From NCBI RefSeq assembly GCF_009914755.1, contig NC_060928.1: a stretch of 64,000 nt of DNA. One strand, given 5' to 3'. The position numbers and the translations under genes are program-made. The stretch's first letter is position 1. Each line of letters begins with the position of its first letter. This DNA is from the human T2T-CHM13v2.0 reference genome, Homo sapiens. The notes below the pieces were generated by a model, which ran no database searches, was not told where the DNA came from, and saw only the letters and a list, made by a program, of their open reading frames with translations. Of this stretch, positions 11,950 through 25,117 are shown one piece after another.

Positions 11950-14270
11950 CTCATATCTCTTCAAGGAGTGCTGATCACTTTCTCTCTCCTTCTGAAACTC
12001 TTTCCTACTTGGGCTGTTTAAAACACCGTTTCTTGCTGATCCTCTTCCAGTTTCTCTGACCATTTGCTGCTTGCCTTTTTCTACTTCTTCCTCCAACAGT
12101 TATTTGAACACTGGTGTTCATGAAAGTTTCCATACCCGGCCCATTATTCTTCTCCTGCCATATATATTCTGGCAGGGGGGATCTCTTTTATTCCTGTCAC
12201 AAACCCTGTTGTCTCCCTTGAAACAGATGTCTACATGTTTGCAGGACATTGCTAACTTGTCTTTAACATTCCTGAATCCAAAGGAATGTTAAACTGAACA
12301 TTTGTATAGTTGTCCTCATTTTTCACTCCATAATAACCTTGACTTCCTCCTTCATTTCCTCTCCATTTAATGTTAATATCTTCTACCTTGTTGCCCAAAC
12401 CAGAAAATTCAGAGCCACATTAAATCTCTTTTCTCCTTCTCTCCAAATGCAATTAATCACATCCTGCTGGTTTTTATGTTGTGAAAATTTCTAGATTCTG
12501 TTTCTTTCTTTTAAAATCTCTCATATTATTGTGTTAGGATTATACCAAGAGCCTCCTACATCCACTTACTACAATGGACTTTCTCAAAGCCATCCACACT
12601 TTATACCTGCACTAATTCATTTCACAGCAACTTTTACAATCTGTCAGTTGTTCTCCATCATGTAAGATTAAGTTTTAAGCTCTGTGGCTTTCAGAATGAA
12701 GTCCTATATACTGTGACCTACCTCTGTCAATCTGAAAATGTAACTCCTGACAATTTAAATTCAGTCACAGTTTCTTCATATGTATTTACCTATGATGGTC
12801 CTTTGGTCTTGAAATAATTTTCTTCATCTGACCTAAATTGTATAATATTTCAAAAACCATGGTGGGTTTCCTCTTTAGCCTTTGCTACATGTCTTCTCTT
12901 TTGCACTCTCACAGCATCCTATGAGTACAACTTCATCTCAGTTGTCACCTTATGTTCAAAATAAACATTTAGGTGGATTTGCTTTCACTAGCATGTGAGT
13001 TTATTAAGTCAGGTTTTAATGCTCTTTTCATCTTTTTGTAACTAATATTTAGCATTGCATTTGGCTCACAGGAAGAGTAAGTAGAATTTACCCAAAAAAA
13101 TCCTTTTCAGCAAATTTTTCTTTCTTCATCTACCTTGAGCTTTGAAACATTTTATACTCTTAGCAGTCTTCCCTCTTTTAAATATTCATTTTCTGGCTTT
13201 CTCCTATACATATGCAACTTATTACTGTCTTTTTTCAAAGTTCATACTCTTCTCCCCATGATTTAAGTGTTGTTAGATATTTAGAGCATCTACGTGTTCT
13301 CGGCTTTCAACTCTCTACCTTCTTTGCAGGTGAACAGATTTATTTTTGAGATTTAGTTTATTATCATTATGTTGACAACTTTCATATTAATATCCTTGGT
13401 TTCTGTGATGTTTAATACTGAGGTTTCAACTTGATTGGATTGAAGGGTGCAAAATAGTGTTCTGAGGTGTGTCTGTGAGGTTTTTGTCAAAAGAGATGAA
13501 TATTTGAGTCAGTGGACTGGGAGAGGCAGACCCACCCTCAGTCTGGGTGGGCACCAGCTAATCAGCTGCCAGCATGGTCAGAATAAAAAGCAGACAGAAG
13601 AACGTGGACAGATTAGACAGGCTTAGCCTCCCAGCCTACATCTTTCTCCTTTGCTGGATGCTTCTCCTTTGCTGGATGTCCTCAAACATCGGACTCCAAG
13701 TTCTCCAGCTTTGGGACTCGAACTGGCTTCCTTGCTCCTCAGCTTGCAGAGGGCCTATTGTGTGACCTTGTGATCGTGTGAGTTAATGCTCCTTAATAAA
13801 CTCCCCTTTATCTATCCATCTGTCCTATTAGTTCTGTCCCTCTAGAGAAACCTGACTAATAAAGTTCCACATCTGCATATTTCATTGTCAAATAACATTT
13901 TTATTGTATCTATTTGGTTCATCCAATTTAACACATGCAAATTTGGATTTACTATATTCTCTCCAAAAAGAAGATGCATTTCAGTGGTCAGTATCTCAAA
14001 AATGAAAATTTCTCCCATCCAACTGCTAGTTTCAGAAACCTGGGATTCATACTTAACACTCTCTTTTCTGTCAGTAGCCACCACCTGTAACTCAATTATC
14101 AAAACTGACTCTTCCCAAACCTCTTATTGTATTTTTTTTACTTCACTTCCTCCCATAGAGCAAGCCACCATCACCTTTTTTGTACCACTGCAACAGCCTG
14201 ATAATTAGTTACTCCATGTCCAGGGTGCTTTTCCTGCAATCTATTTAGACTACAGTTACAGGGATTTTTA
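11950..14270 (+). mobile_element. Decayed L2 fragments (interrupted by MLT2A LTR)
   Basis: ctccttctgaaactctttcc, ttgcccaaaccagaaa, caagccaccatcacc and other pyrimidine-rich L2 motifs; boundaries approximate. Confidence 0.6.
13404..13863 (+). mobile_element. MLT2A (MLT2A1-like) ERVL solo LTR
   Basis: Starts tgtgatgtttaatactgag..tcaacttgattggattgaagg, ends ctagagaaacctgactaata; AATAAA present; TSD gtttc/gttcc. Confidence 0.92.
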
Positions 14271-14277
14271 AAATTTT

Positions 14278-14820
14278 AAGAATAGTTCCTCCTCCCCTCA
14301 ACCCCTGCCAAAGATGTCTGCATCTAAATCAGTAGAACTCATGTTTATCGTGTTCATGTTACCTTTCATGGCAAAGAGAAATTAAGGTTGCAAATAAAAT
14401 TAAAGTTGCTAATTAGTTGACCTTAAAATAAATGAGATTATTCTAGATTGCTCTGGTGGGCCCAATATAATCACAAGGCTTGTTAACAGTGGAAAAAGTA
14501 ATCCGAAGGGAGAATCAAAGAAAGGGCAGAATCAGAAAGAGTAGACCTGACATTGCTGACTTTGCAGGTGAGAGGGAAATGAATGCTAAGAAAAGTCAAG
14601 GAAAGCCAAGGACAGCCTCCAGGAGCTAGAAAAACAAAAAATGAATTCTCTTTCTGAATGCCTCCAGAAAGGAATGCACTCCTGCCAACACTTGACATTC
14701 GAACACAGCAAGAGATGCATCAGACTTCTGAACTACAAAATGGTAAGATAATAAATCTGTGTTGTTTTAAGCCACTAAATATGTGGTAATTTATCACAGC
14801 AGCAATAGAAAATTACTGTG
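14278..14820 (+). mobile_element. MLT1D-like MaLR LTR
   Basis: aattaaggttgca...gttgctaattagttgacctt...ggtgggcccaatataatcacaagg; 3' tgttgttttaagccactaaat...cagcagcaatagaaaa. Confidence 0.85.
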
Positions 14821-15054
14821 CTACCTAAGAGACAAAAATGTTCTGCATCATTTCTTTTCATATATACATTTTATCTGCTATAACCCCACATTTCTTGTAT
14901 TTTAGTCACAAATTACGTATCATTTCCTAAAAAACCTTCCTTAATCCATATTTCTCTCCTGTAGACTCCTTATCTCCTAATCTATCTAACATCTTAAATA
15001 ATCACTAGCATAGAGGACGATCTGAATAACATGATTTATGAGGCAGTTATATGA

Positions 15055-15210
15055 TGAGTCTCTGTTTCCTTAACTTGACTGTGAGTCTGAGAGAGCAGAT
15101 GCCACATCTTTACACCCTACTTGCTTATGTTCAGAGCCAGCACAGTGCCTTGCACTTCGTAGGCACTTAGGAGATAGTTGTTAAATAGGTGAGTGAGGGA
15201 TTGAGTGAAG
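15055..15210 (+). mobile_element. L2 3' end
   Basis: gactgtgag...cagcacagtgccttgcacttcgtaggcact...gttgttaaatag. Confidence 0.6.
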
Positions 15211-15779
15211 GCATTTGTCCACTGCCTTCTGTGTAATATTAAAGTAAAAAGTTTGATATATATGATTTATCTGACTATTCACAAAATGGCATAATAATTA
15301 TGTCTATTTCAGAGGCAAGAAAATTGGAGCCTGGCATAGCTAGAAATTTTTCTTAAGGCCATGTGGTAAGTTACCACATAGACACAAGAAAAAAAGAAAA
15401 AACAGATCTTTTTGAACTCACTAACTGTATTTTTTCACTGCGTACTATGTCTTTTGAGGGATGCTGTTATGGGCATCAGCAAATATCAAGCCAACCATCC
15501 TGCTTGAGTCCTACTGATAATTAAAGGCATCTAGAAATATGAAAAGAGCCTAAAGTGAATGTATTTTTGCCTATCATTTTTCTGCCTAGCACCTAGTATA
15601 GTGCAAAGCATATATCACCACTCAATAAATACATTTTGACTAAAATGAGTGAATGAATCAATGAATGAGCAAACAAATATTCTAGATGCCTACCTCTTTT
15701 TACTGGGGGTAGAAATAATGCCTGTGAGAGAGACCTGGAAATAAAAGAATATCTTTGCAGATAAACTTTACAGTTAAAG

Positions 15780-15790
15780 CTTTCTTTCCT

Positions 15791-15846
<56 letters not shown>

Positions 15847-15952
15847 TCCCTTTCCTTCCTTCCTTCCCTCCTTCCTTCCTTCCTTCTTTCCTTCCTTCCT
15901 TCCTTCCTTCCTTCCTTCCTTCCTTCCTTCCTTCCTTCCTTCCTTCCTTCCT

Positions 15953-16012
<60 letters not shown>

Positions 16013-16031
16013 TCCTTCTTTCTTTCTTTCT
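15780..16031. repeat. Compound (TTTC)n-(TTCC)n-(TTTC)n microsatellite
   Basis: ~250 bp of pure pyrimidine on + strand; 16 uninterrupted TTCC units at 15888-15951. Confidence 0.99.
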
Positions 16032-16659
16032 TAAGCTGGCTCTGATATCTTACCTCCTGTTTCCTAGTTCCTTTTAGTATTTGGGATGGGTAGAGGAAAG
16101 AACGCCCTTCTATGTGAGGATACTACAGTTCTATCATTGTACTGGACAATAAGAGAAAGGATCTTAAAGTAATACCATCCGTCTACATTAATGTGACTTT
16201 AATTGTATTTAACTTTGTGGAAAATAAAAAAAGACAAATAAATGGAAAATAGAGACAGCATATGTAATAATTAGTGTCAAAAATAATAGCAAATAAAAAT
16301 AAAAAATTGAATGGAAAACAGAAGTTCATACTCTCAGTTCGAAACAAAGTTGACATTATATTTTGAGGTTTTTTTCCCCCTAAGACTCCCAGGAAATGTA
16401 ATGTACCAGCTCATTATTATTGTTCTAGTAGTTTTACCTTTGTAGGAACACAAGTTTCATCATGATTTCTCCATTCATCTGAATCCCTCTGATGTGCATT
16501 ATAGTTTGAAGTCGCTTAAAAGCTATAACTATTTGAAGGCAATATTATCCTTCATTAGAATCTTTTAAGAGTCCATCAAAATGTGTAGCTTACACCAGTC
16601 CACATATAGCTGGTATGATCTTTGTGCTAATTTCCTCTAACTTTTTAACAGGAAATGTC

Positions 16660-16895
16660 AATGTAGTATAGCATAGAGGGTAAAAACATAGGCTCATAGT
16701 TAGGAGTTGAAAATAAATCTCCTTTCCAAACCTTACTTGCTCAGTTTGTGTTTAGGTGTTGCATGTGAATAATAAAAGGAATAGTTGCACAGAGTTTTTT
16801 GAGGAGTAATGAGGGAAGGCACATGAAATACTCTGTAAAATACCTAGTATGCTAAGATACAAAAGCATTTAACATGAATTATCTTTATTACATCA
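16660..16895 (+). mobile_element. MIR SINE
   Basis: agtatagcatagagggtaaaaacataggct 5' motif; gaggagtaatgag...catgaaatact...tacctagtat 3' motifs. Confidence 0.55.
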
Positions 16896-18209
16896 TAATT
16901 TCAATTGTAACACTCTCATTACAAAATATATAACATTCTAAAATCTCATCACAAAAAAGAGGAGTCTTTAATGATTTACTTACTGGTTAAATACTGAAAC
17001 TCCTTTATAGAATTTCAATATTTACTATCCTGGACAAAGACTCAAATTTTTTTATATTTCCTCAGTGATATATAAAGTGGCGCATAGCTGTGACTTTTTT
17101 CAGACATATATTATTAGTAGTCCTCCAAATAACCATTTTTTTTGTACTTAAAATGTGAAGGTTTATTTTTCCATACCCTTCTGAGTGACACATGTCTCAT
17201 AGTCTCTGTCTGAGAATTTGGAGGCCTTTACTCCACTGCTTATCCAAAAATAACTCTTGAAAGGTTTATTCATTTTTTAAAAAAAATGTGGTTATTTTGT
17301 TGTATAAGGAGCTGTTGTGAGTTGGTCCCTGGCCAGTGAGCACTCTCCTTCCTTCTTGTGAAGGGGTGCTTAAAAATAGAATAGTATTTTTTTTTTGTTT
17401 GTGCTTTTTTGTCTTCCACAACTGAATCATCCTAATATAAATGATTATGTAATATTAATATGAAATAGGTAGAGAGAGAGCAAATGGTAAAGCCAATTAA
17501 TCTCTAATGCCAGGGATTGATATTTCAATGATTCATTCCAATTGTAGTGCTATTTCATCCTGTTTGTTTGATCACTTATTTATTTATTCAGAGATTTATT
17601 GAGGAATTACTTTCTGGTATGGTACTGTTATGTTTGTTGCAGTAAAACCATTAAACCAGACAGACAGAATCCCTGTGACTTGGCTCTCGATTTCTTATTA
17701 TTGTTAAAATCAGATGACTTTCTTTTGTCTCAAACAACAAAGGGAATTGTATTCATGGTATTGAAATTATAGTAAAATAAGTAATGAAAGTTCTTGCGAT
17801 GATGTTAAATATGAGGTTTTGAGTGACCAATTCTTAGTACTTGTTTAATATTTTCTGTGTATGTATCAATATATTCTTAAGATATTTTACCTAAAATCTG
17901 CTACCATTTTAAAAACCTAAATCCCAAATGTGATTACACACACTATTTGCCATCAGCTAAATGTTATATAAACTTTCACTTTATTTCATTTATTGTAAAA
18001 TATATGCTTAAACACATATCAAACAAAAATCTACTTTACTTTTTTTAGAAAGTTGTACATTTTTTTCTGACCTATGAAGAGGCAGAATTTTAAAAATTGG
18101 TTTGGACACAAAAACCTATTTTTAGTATCATTGTTTCCTTTCCATAAATCATTGTTCGGAATAGTGAGCCAATTTACTATTAGTTTCATTGATCCTTTCC
18201 ACTGATCTT

Positions 18210-18475
18210 ACATGACTGTAAAGAATTTTGTCAAAGGCTTTCCAAACATCTAAGTTTAAAATCCTCTTTAACTCCTTTCCCACATTTGTCTACCTGGAGT
18301 GAAGTCCCTGAAGAATTTCACAAAAGTAGTGAGTGATTCCTTTTATTCTCTAAATGTGTGTTGTCTGTTCTTAATCAAGCTGAGCTTTTCAAAGTGGTCC
18401 TCATTTGATCTATAAAAATAGTTTCTAAAAGTTTTCAACATAACAGAAGTTAAAGGAAACTGTCTGAAATATCTA
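18210..18475 (-). mobile_element. CR1/L3-clade LINE RT fossil
   Basis: Manual minus-strand translation across frameshifts: YFRQFPLTSVMLKTF / DHFEKLSLIKNRQHTFRE*KESLTTFVKFF / LDVWKAFDKIL, colinear with CR1 RT YRPVSLTS...QHGF...LTNL.EFF...LDF.KAFD.V. Confidence 0.75.
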
Positions 18476-19552
18476 AGTGTGGGTCCAAGACTGCTCTTCA
18501 GTTAATGTTTTGTTTTGGTCACAAATCAAAAGGAATATTTTCTTCATAGAAAAAATATAAAATATTGTAATGCCAACAACAACATGACTTTTTAACTAAA
18601 ATCTTACATTTGTTCATAAGGATATTTTCAATTTCCTATTAAATTTTGTTATATTTCATTGCCATTAGGCAACATCCTTTTATTTTCTTCTGACACAATG
18701 ATGAGTCTATTGGAGTAGTTCTGAATGGAGATAGCCATTACTGAGGGATGAGGGAAAGAGGGAAGATCAATGTTTGTCAAAGATATTTCTCAAATCTGTT
18801 AAAAAGCTACTATTGTTTTATAGCAATTTACTCTAAATCCATATTCAGTAATGGATATACATCCACAGAATTCCTGTATTTTTTTGAAATATCTGATAAA
18901 ACTCTAAGGACCCCCTCTTTGCTCAGAATAAATGTGTGACTTTGGATGAATATCTCATATTTTCTAAGCCTCAATTTCCTCCCTGAAGGCAGGTAGACAA
19001 TTTAAGAAATTTTAGAAAATAGTGCAGGATAGAGATGATGAGATCATAATGAATGTCTGCCTTGAAATTACTGTTTTTTTTTCCTGTCCTATGTGTTACA
19101 ATGGACTTAGAAGTTTTATACAGATTTTCAGTCACACGCGTTTCTCAGTTTTTATCTATACAGGGATTAACCTGATCCTATAGACATGTTCCCCCTTCTC
19201 ACTACTACCCCAACTGCCCAAAAATATTCTTCATTTTTTGGTAAAATTATTATTCATTTTTTGTTAAAAATAACTGCATTGGTGGATGACTTTGCATGTA
19301 TATGGTGACCCTCCATTTATCCTCCATTTGAAGGTGACTTTTTGTATACCATACTCTGTATGTTGAGAATGAGAGAGAGTCTTTTGCCCTTGAATAGCTT
19401 GTGACTCATTCAGTTATTTTTTTAGTGAAAAGTTAGGGCATTGAATCATAGGTACATACCTTGAAAGAAAAGCCAGTGCTTAAACAGCCCTACTTGACAT
19501 GATAATGTTGGGTATTTTCAGCCAGCAAAATGCTAAAATATACTTACTAACC

Positions 19553-19580
<28 letters not shown>
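19553..19580 (+). repeat. Poly(A)28
   Basis: Uninterrupted A run. Confidence 0.95.
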
Positions 19581-19583
<3 letters not shown>

Positions 19584-19667
19584 CTACTCTGCCTACACAG
19601 CACAGTTGTTCAAAGAGCGGATAATAGATAAGGAGGTGAGGTTCTTAGCCACACGCTACAGTTTTTG

Positions 19668-19830
19668 TGAGATTTCTTAACTTAGGCTTTTTGGGACCAA
19701 TGAGGCTTCAGAAATAGGCTTCAAATGATCCACAGTCTTGCTAAAATTGTACATAAAATCATGTGTACATGGAATTCTGTCCCATGAAAATAGTTCATAG
19801 CTCACATGACATTTACCGTTTATTACATCT
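19668..19830 (+). mobile_element. MER103C-like hAT fossil
   Basis: aaaattgtacataaaatcatgtgtacat...gttcatagctcacatgacatt resembles the MER103C core. Confidence 0.45.
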
Positions 19831-21429
19831 CACACACATACATAATAATATACTAATAACCAAATTCTTTTACTTATTATCGAAATTCTTAATTGTCTTT
19901 AATAACCTGAGAGAGAAGTAAAATAAATATAATTCTACATGTTTCATAGATTAAAAAAGTAATATATATAATATATAAATTTTATATGTTATACATATTA
20001 CTTATATGCTGTTCCCTAATGCATTACCTCAAATTTCGTTTTTTTCTAGTATTGACCTGCCAATTTTAAGCCAGTGCTTATCCATTGAGATTTTCCATTT
20101 TCAACTTTAAATTGTCTCCACATATTCATTTAATTGTGTCCTAATTTCCTGTCTATTGCCTGAGAAGCCTAGGTAGCCCACAAATGGAAGAACTATGCTA
20201 GCTATCAAATTTTTCTAGCACATCAGCTTGGGAGGCTGTCTACTGAGCTGGAAGGTCATTTAAATTTTTTCTCATTTTCAAATACCAACATTTCACTAAA
20301 GAGAGTTACAGGCAGAACACATTTGCCATATTAATGAATTGAAAAAAAATGAACTCTTCACTGATTAGAATGCTACCTATTATATACAGAATAAGAAAGT
20401 CTGTTGGGAATGATATGGGTGTAGTAGACTAAAAGTTGCAAAAATATCCCACACTATTAAAACTAGAAAGGAGAAATTCATATGCACGAGAGTGAAAACA
20501 GGAAATATAATTCTAACACTGAGGGCAGAAAGTCATTTGCCTATTAACTACCTGTTCCGTTTAGTACAGGAGCAACAAGAAACTATTGCTCCACATTTGA
20601 GGAAATTTAGCTTTACTTTTTATTATCAATTTTTTAAATAAACAAATGGAATCAGATAACCAACAGTCTTCTCTCCTTTGACTGAAAACTGAGTAGCTGC
20701 TCACTGTAGGCCAGCATAATCAACACTGGTATCTCAAATTGTGAAAGTTTTGCTTCACTTTGAGTCTAAATTTAATTATTGTATTTTTTCTTTATTAGTT
20801 CCAGAATGTACGCCATTTATGAAAATATGTATGAGTCTAAATAAGCTTAATTCTTTCAGACAATAAATGGTTGACATGATTTTTCTGACAGTTGTGATCA
20901 TAGATTGCGGTAGGCATTCTACTTTTCATATTGATTTAAAATATATTATGATACTCACAGATGAATATATACATGGTATATACCATATGTATCTATATAG
21001 ACAAATACATAATTGTAATCTCAAAGTCAGTATTATTTTAAAACATTTTAATGTTCTTTACCTATGTAAAAACCATGGGTACACTTGATTTATTTTTAGC
21101 AATCAAGTAGAACATTAGATTTTTCCACATATCTAAGCCAAAAACAATCATTTTATTACTTTTAATTATTATCTTGCTCATTTCTATCTACAGTCTGTCT
21201 GTCTCTTTTAATCATTTTGATTATTACAGTTTAATCTATGGCATCAGCTAATTAACTAACATGTAGCAAATGAGCACCTATTATGAAAGAAGCACTTTAA
21301 TAAGCCATAAAAGTAACAGGTAATATTTGCTATGGTTCAAGCTTTTTTATAGAAATTTTTAAATTTTTAAAACAACCTTATAAAATATATATTGCCATTA
21401 TTCCTATTTAAAAGATGGAAAAACATAAA

Positions 21430-22978
21430 AAGTCACAAAGGACTATTATGAACAATTATATGACAATAAATTGGATAACCTAGGGGAAATGGATGAATTA
21501 CTGGAAATATACAATCTACAAAGAATAAATCAAGAAGAAATAGAAAGCTTAAACAAACCAATAGCAAATAGAGATTGAAGTAGTAATCAAAAACCTTCCA
21601 TCAAAGAAAATTCCAGTACCAGATGGCTTCATAGCTGAAGTCTATCAAACATTAATAGAAAAATTAATATCAAACCATCTTAAACACTTCCAAAAAGTAG
21701 AAATAGACTGAATGCTTCCAAACTCAGCCAGCACTATTTGGATAACAAAGCCTGACAAAGGTATCGCAAGTAAAGAAAACTATGGGTCAGTATCTCTGAT
21801 TAACGTATATGCAAAAATTCTCAATAAAATACTAGCAAATAAAGTTCAACAACATATCAAAAAAGTATACACTAAAACCAAATAGGATTTATTCCTGAGA
21901 TACAAGGGTGGTTTAAAATACACAATCAATGTGATGTGCCATTTTAACAGAATGAAAGATTTTTTTAAGCCACATGATGATCATAACTGATGCAGAGAAA
22001 GCATTTGACAAAGTTTAGCATCCTTTAATGATAAACATTCTCAAAAAAACAAGTATAGGAGGAATTTGTCTTCAACCTAATAAAGATTGTTTATGAAAAA
22101 CCCACAGCTATCATAGTAATCAATAGAAAAAAACTGAAAGCTTTTTCTCTAAAGTCTGGGCCGTGGCAAAGATGCCCATGCTATTCTATTTAACATAGTT
22201 AGGGAAGTAACAGCAAGAGCAATCAGACAAGAAGAAGAAATAAAGGGGATACAAATCAGAAAGGAAAAAGTAAAATTAACCCTGTTTACAAATGTGTAGA
22301 AAACCCTAAAGACTCCACACAAAAAAGTTGTTACACAAATAAATGAATTCATCAGAATAGCAGGATACCAAACCAACATACAAAATTAGTTGCTTTTATT
22401 TACACCTACAAAAATCTATTTGAAAAATAAATCAAGAAAACAATCCCATTTAAAATAGCATTAGAAAGAATAAAACACTAAGAGATAAATTAAAACAAAG
22501 AAGTGAAGTGAAAGCTATGTACAATACAAAGCATGGAAACTATAAGCATTGATAAAAGAAATTTAAAGACACAAATTAATAAAAAGATATCTCATATTTG
22601 TGAATTAAAATAATTAATATTGTTAAAATGTTCCTATTGCTCAAAACAACATACAGATTTAATGCAATCCCTATCAACAGTTTAATTTTTCAAATAAATT
22701 GAAAAAAAATTAAATGGAACCACAGAAGATACTGACTAGCCCAAACAATCTTGGGAATGAAAAACAAAGTTGGAGGCATGACACTTCCTGATTCCAAATT
22801 ATATTACACAGCTATAGTAATCAAAACAACACATTATTGGCTTAAAAATAGATATATAGGACAGTGGGACAGAATAGAGGAACCAGAAGTAAACCCAGTA
22901 ATATAAGGTCATCTAATTTTTGACAAGCTGCTAAGAAGACACAATGTACAAAAGATACTGTCTTCAATAAATGGTTGA
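21430..22978 (+). mobile_element. Old L1 (L1M/L1MA-type) ORF2 internal fragment
   Basis: gactattatgaacaattatatg..aaattggataacctag, tgatgcagagaaagcatttgacaaa (DAEKAFDK), gttggaggcatgacacttcctga; many stops. Confidence 0.92.
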
Positions 22979-24496
22979 TTTTATTTTTCAAGCCAGATAT
23001 AATAATATCTTCCTCATATATAGGAAATTTCTTGAACGTAACTAGCATGTAGTTAACATGACTTTACTACCCCAGCAACAATTCATGAAACTACAGGTAC
23101 CCTACGTGCAGTCAATCTATAAGCTGAGTAATCAATAGCATGTGAGTTCTCTGACATGAATGTTCTTCCTGTGAGTATCATGAAGACTAATTAATGTGCG
23201 TAGATATTTTTAATTTAAAATTAAGATACAGAGTCAGGAAAGTATAACAAGGCTAAAATTGAAATACAAACAGAGTTATATAAAATTCAATCAAAATTGG
23301 AGACGACAAATTCAAGGAGTAAAAACAGGCATACAAATGTGGGTACACAAGTTTTATCTCTCTCCAATAGATCATTCAATCAAAAAATTATAAGCATTCT
23401 ATATTTAAAGTACTTGAGTGTCATGAGCTTCAGAAGAAACTTTCCAAATGTTTTAAAACTGGTAGTGATGAAGATTTCCAAGTTTATCCCTGACATGTAA
23501 AGAACCTGGAAGTTATTACTCCTGTCCTTACAATAAGGAAATGCTAGACAAACACAATAATTTTATTAGTTTTATTAGAGAACTGAGGGAAAAGGAAAAA
23601 ACCACTACCACAAAATATTGAGTGTCAAATGCATCTAGAGAGAGATAGTGTACTCAAGATTTGATTACCTAGGACAGAAGCCACTAGACGCTTAAAGCTG
23701 GTAGAATATCATATATGATAATCTTGATGAATTGCTGGAGGATGAGTGTATGGAAGTGAACATGAGAATACCCTAGCGCTGAAGTATTGGTGGTTGGACA
23801 CCCTGCAGACTTTCCCTCTAGGAGCTCCACCAGGTTATGGCAGAGAGAATTCTAGAAACCCTAGAAATCTCAATACATCACCCTCATGGGGGGAGGAAAA
23901 GCATTCCTATCATGACTCTTCTCCCTAAAGAAGGCCTTGTTTCCATAGGTAATGACATTAGCAGTTAGGCAATTTTTACACCTGAGAAAAGAGAACTGCA
24001 TTCCAATCCAGATTTTCTGCATCAGCTAATGAGAAATAAATGAATAAAAGCATTGTTAGCGGAGGAGAGAGCTTCAAATAAATAGACTGCAGTGGTTAAG
24101 AGACTAGAGAACAGAAGGTGAGAAGGTTCTCTTGGGGACAAGAAACAGAAACACTTCTGAAGACCAAACCTCTAAGACACAGTTCCAATAAAACACCAAG
24201 AACCAATCAGAATATTAGGTGACCCTCTCCTCTGTGACACTGCCACTGCTGTGTCTGCTGAAAATAAAGGAGAAAGAGAGAGTCTCAAAGGTTTTGGGAG
24301 GTTGGGGTAGATTGAGGGAGCAGAGGACACCTTACCTATAGAGAAATAAAAATAAGGATTACAGGAAACTTCTCAGTAGAAAGCATGCAAACAAGAAGAG
24401 AACAGAGTGATATATTTACAATATTGAAAGAAAAGGAAAAATCTGTGAACCAAAATTCTATATTCAGTAGAAATTTCACTGAAGAGTGAAGGAGAA

Positions 24497-24670
24497 GTTA
24501 ATGGGTATGGGTTTCTAATCAAGGTGATAATTTTTTTCTAGAATTAGATACTGGTGACGGTTGCAGATACTGGGGATAGTTGCACAATTCTGTTTAAAAA
24601 ACACTAGTAAATTGGACAGTTTAAAAGGCTGAAATGCATGTAGATTATATCTTAATAAGGCTGTTACAAA
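24497..24670 (+). mobile_element. L1MB-like 3' end insert
   Basis: ttaatgggtatgggtttc...ctagaattagatactggtgacggttgc...ttatatcttaataagg; TSD agtgaa(g/a)gagaa at 24485-24496 / 24671-24682. Confidence 0.75.
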
Positions 24671-25117
24671 AGTGAAAGAGAAATTTAAAAACTCCCTTTT
24701 CTGATAACAAAGTTGTGAAAGATAAATTTAGAAGTTCTCTTTTCTGAAAACTTAGAAAAATCAATTTCTTGTTGATCTTCCTTGAAAGACCTTTTAAAAG
24801 AAGATCTTCAGGCAGAAATAAAATGGTTTAGGTCCAAAATTTGGATCTACACAAAGAAAACAAGAGTGTCAGAACATGAACAAATACAAATATTATTATT
24901 TTATTTTTTCATAATTTATCTAAAAAACTGAGCAAAGGAATGATAACAATGCAATGGATGCTTATAGCATAAACATACACAAAATGAATGACCATAGTAT
25001 CAACTGGAATGAGAGAAAGTAATTGAGAGTGCTGTATTATTAGGCAACTGCATTACATGTGAAACAGGATAGTGCCTCTTGATGGTGGATTTAGATTCTT
25101 TTAAAATGTATGTGGCA

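Noticed and set aside
15755-16045. 96-aa F/L/S/P-rich ORF
   Set aside because: Translation of the TTTC/TTCC microsatellite.
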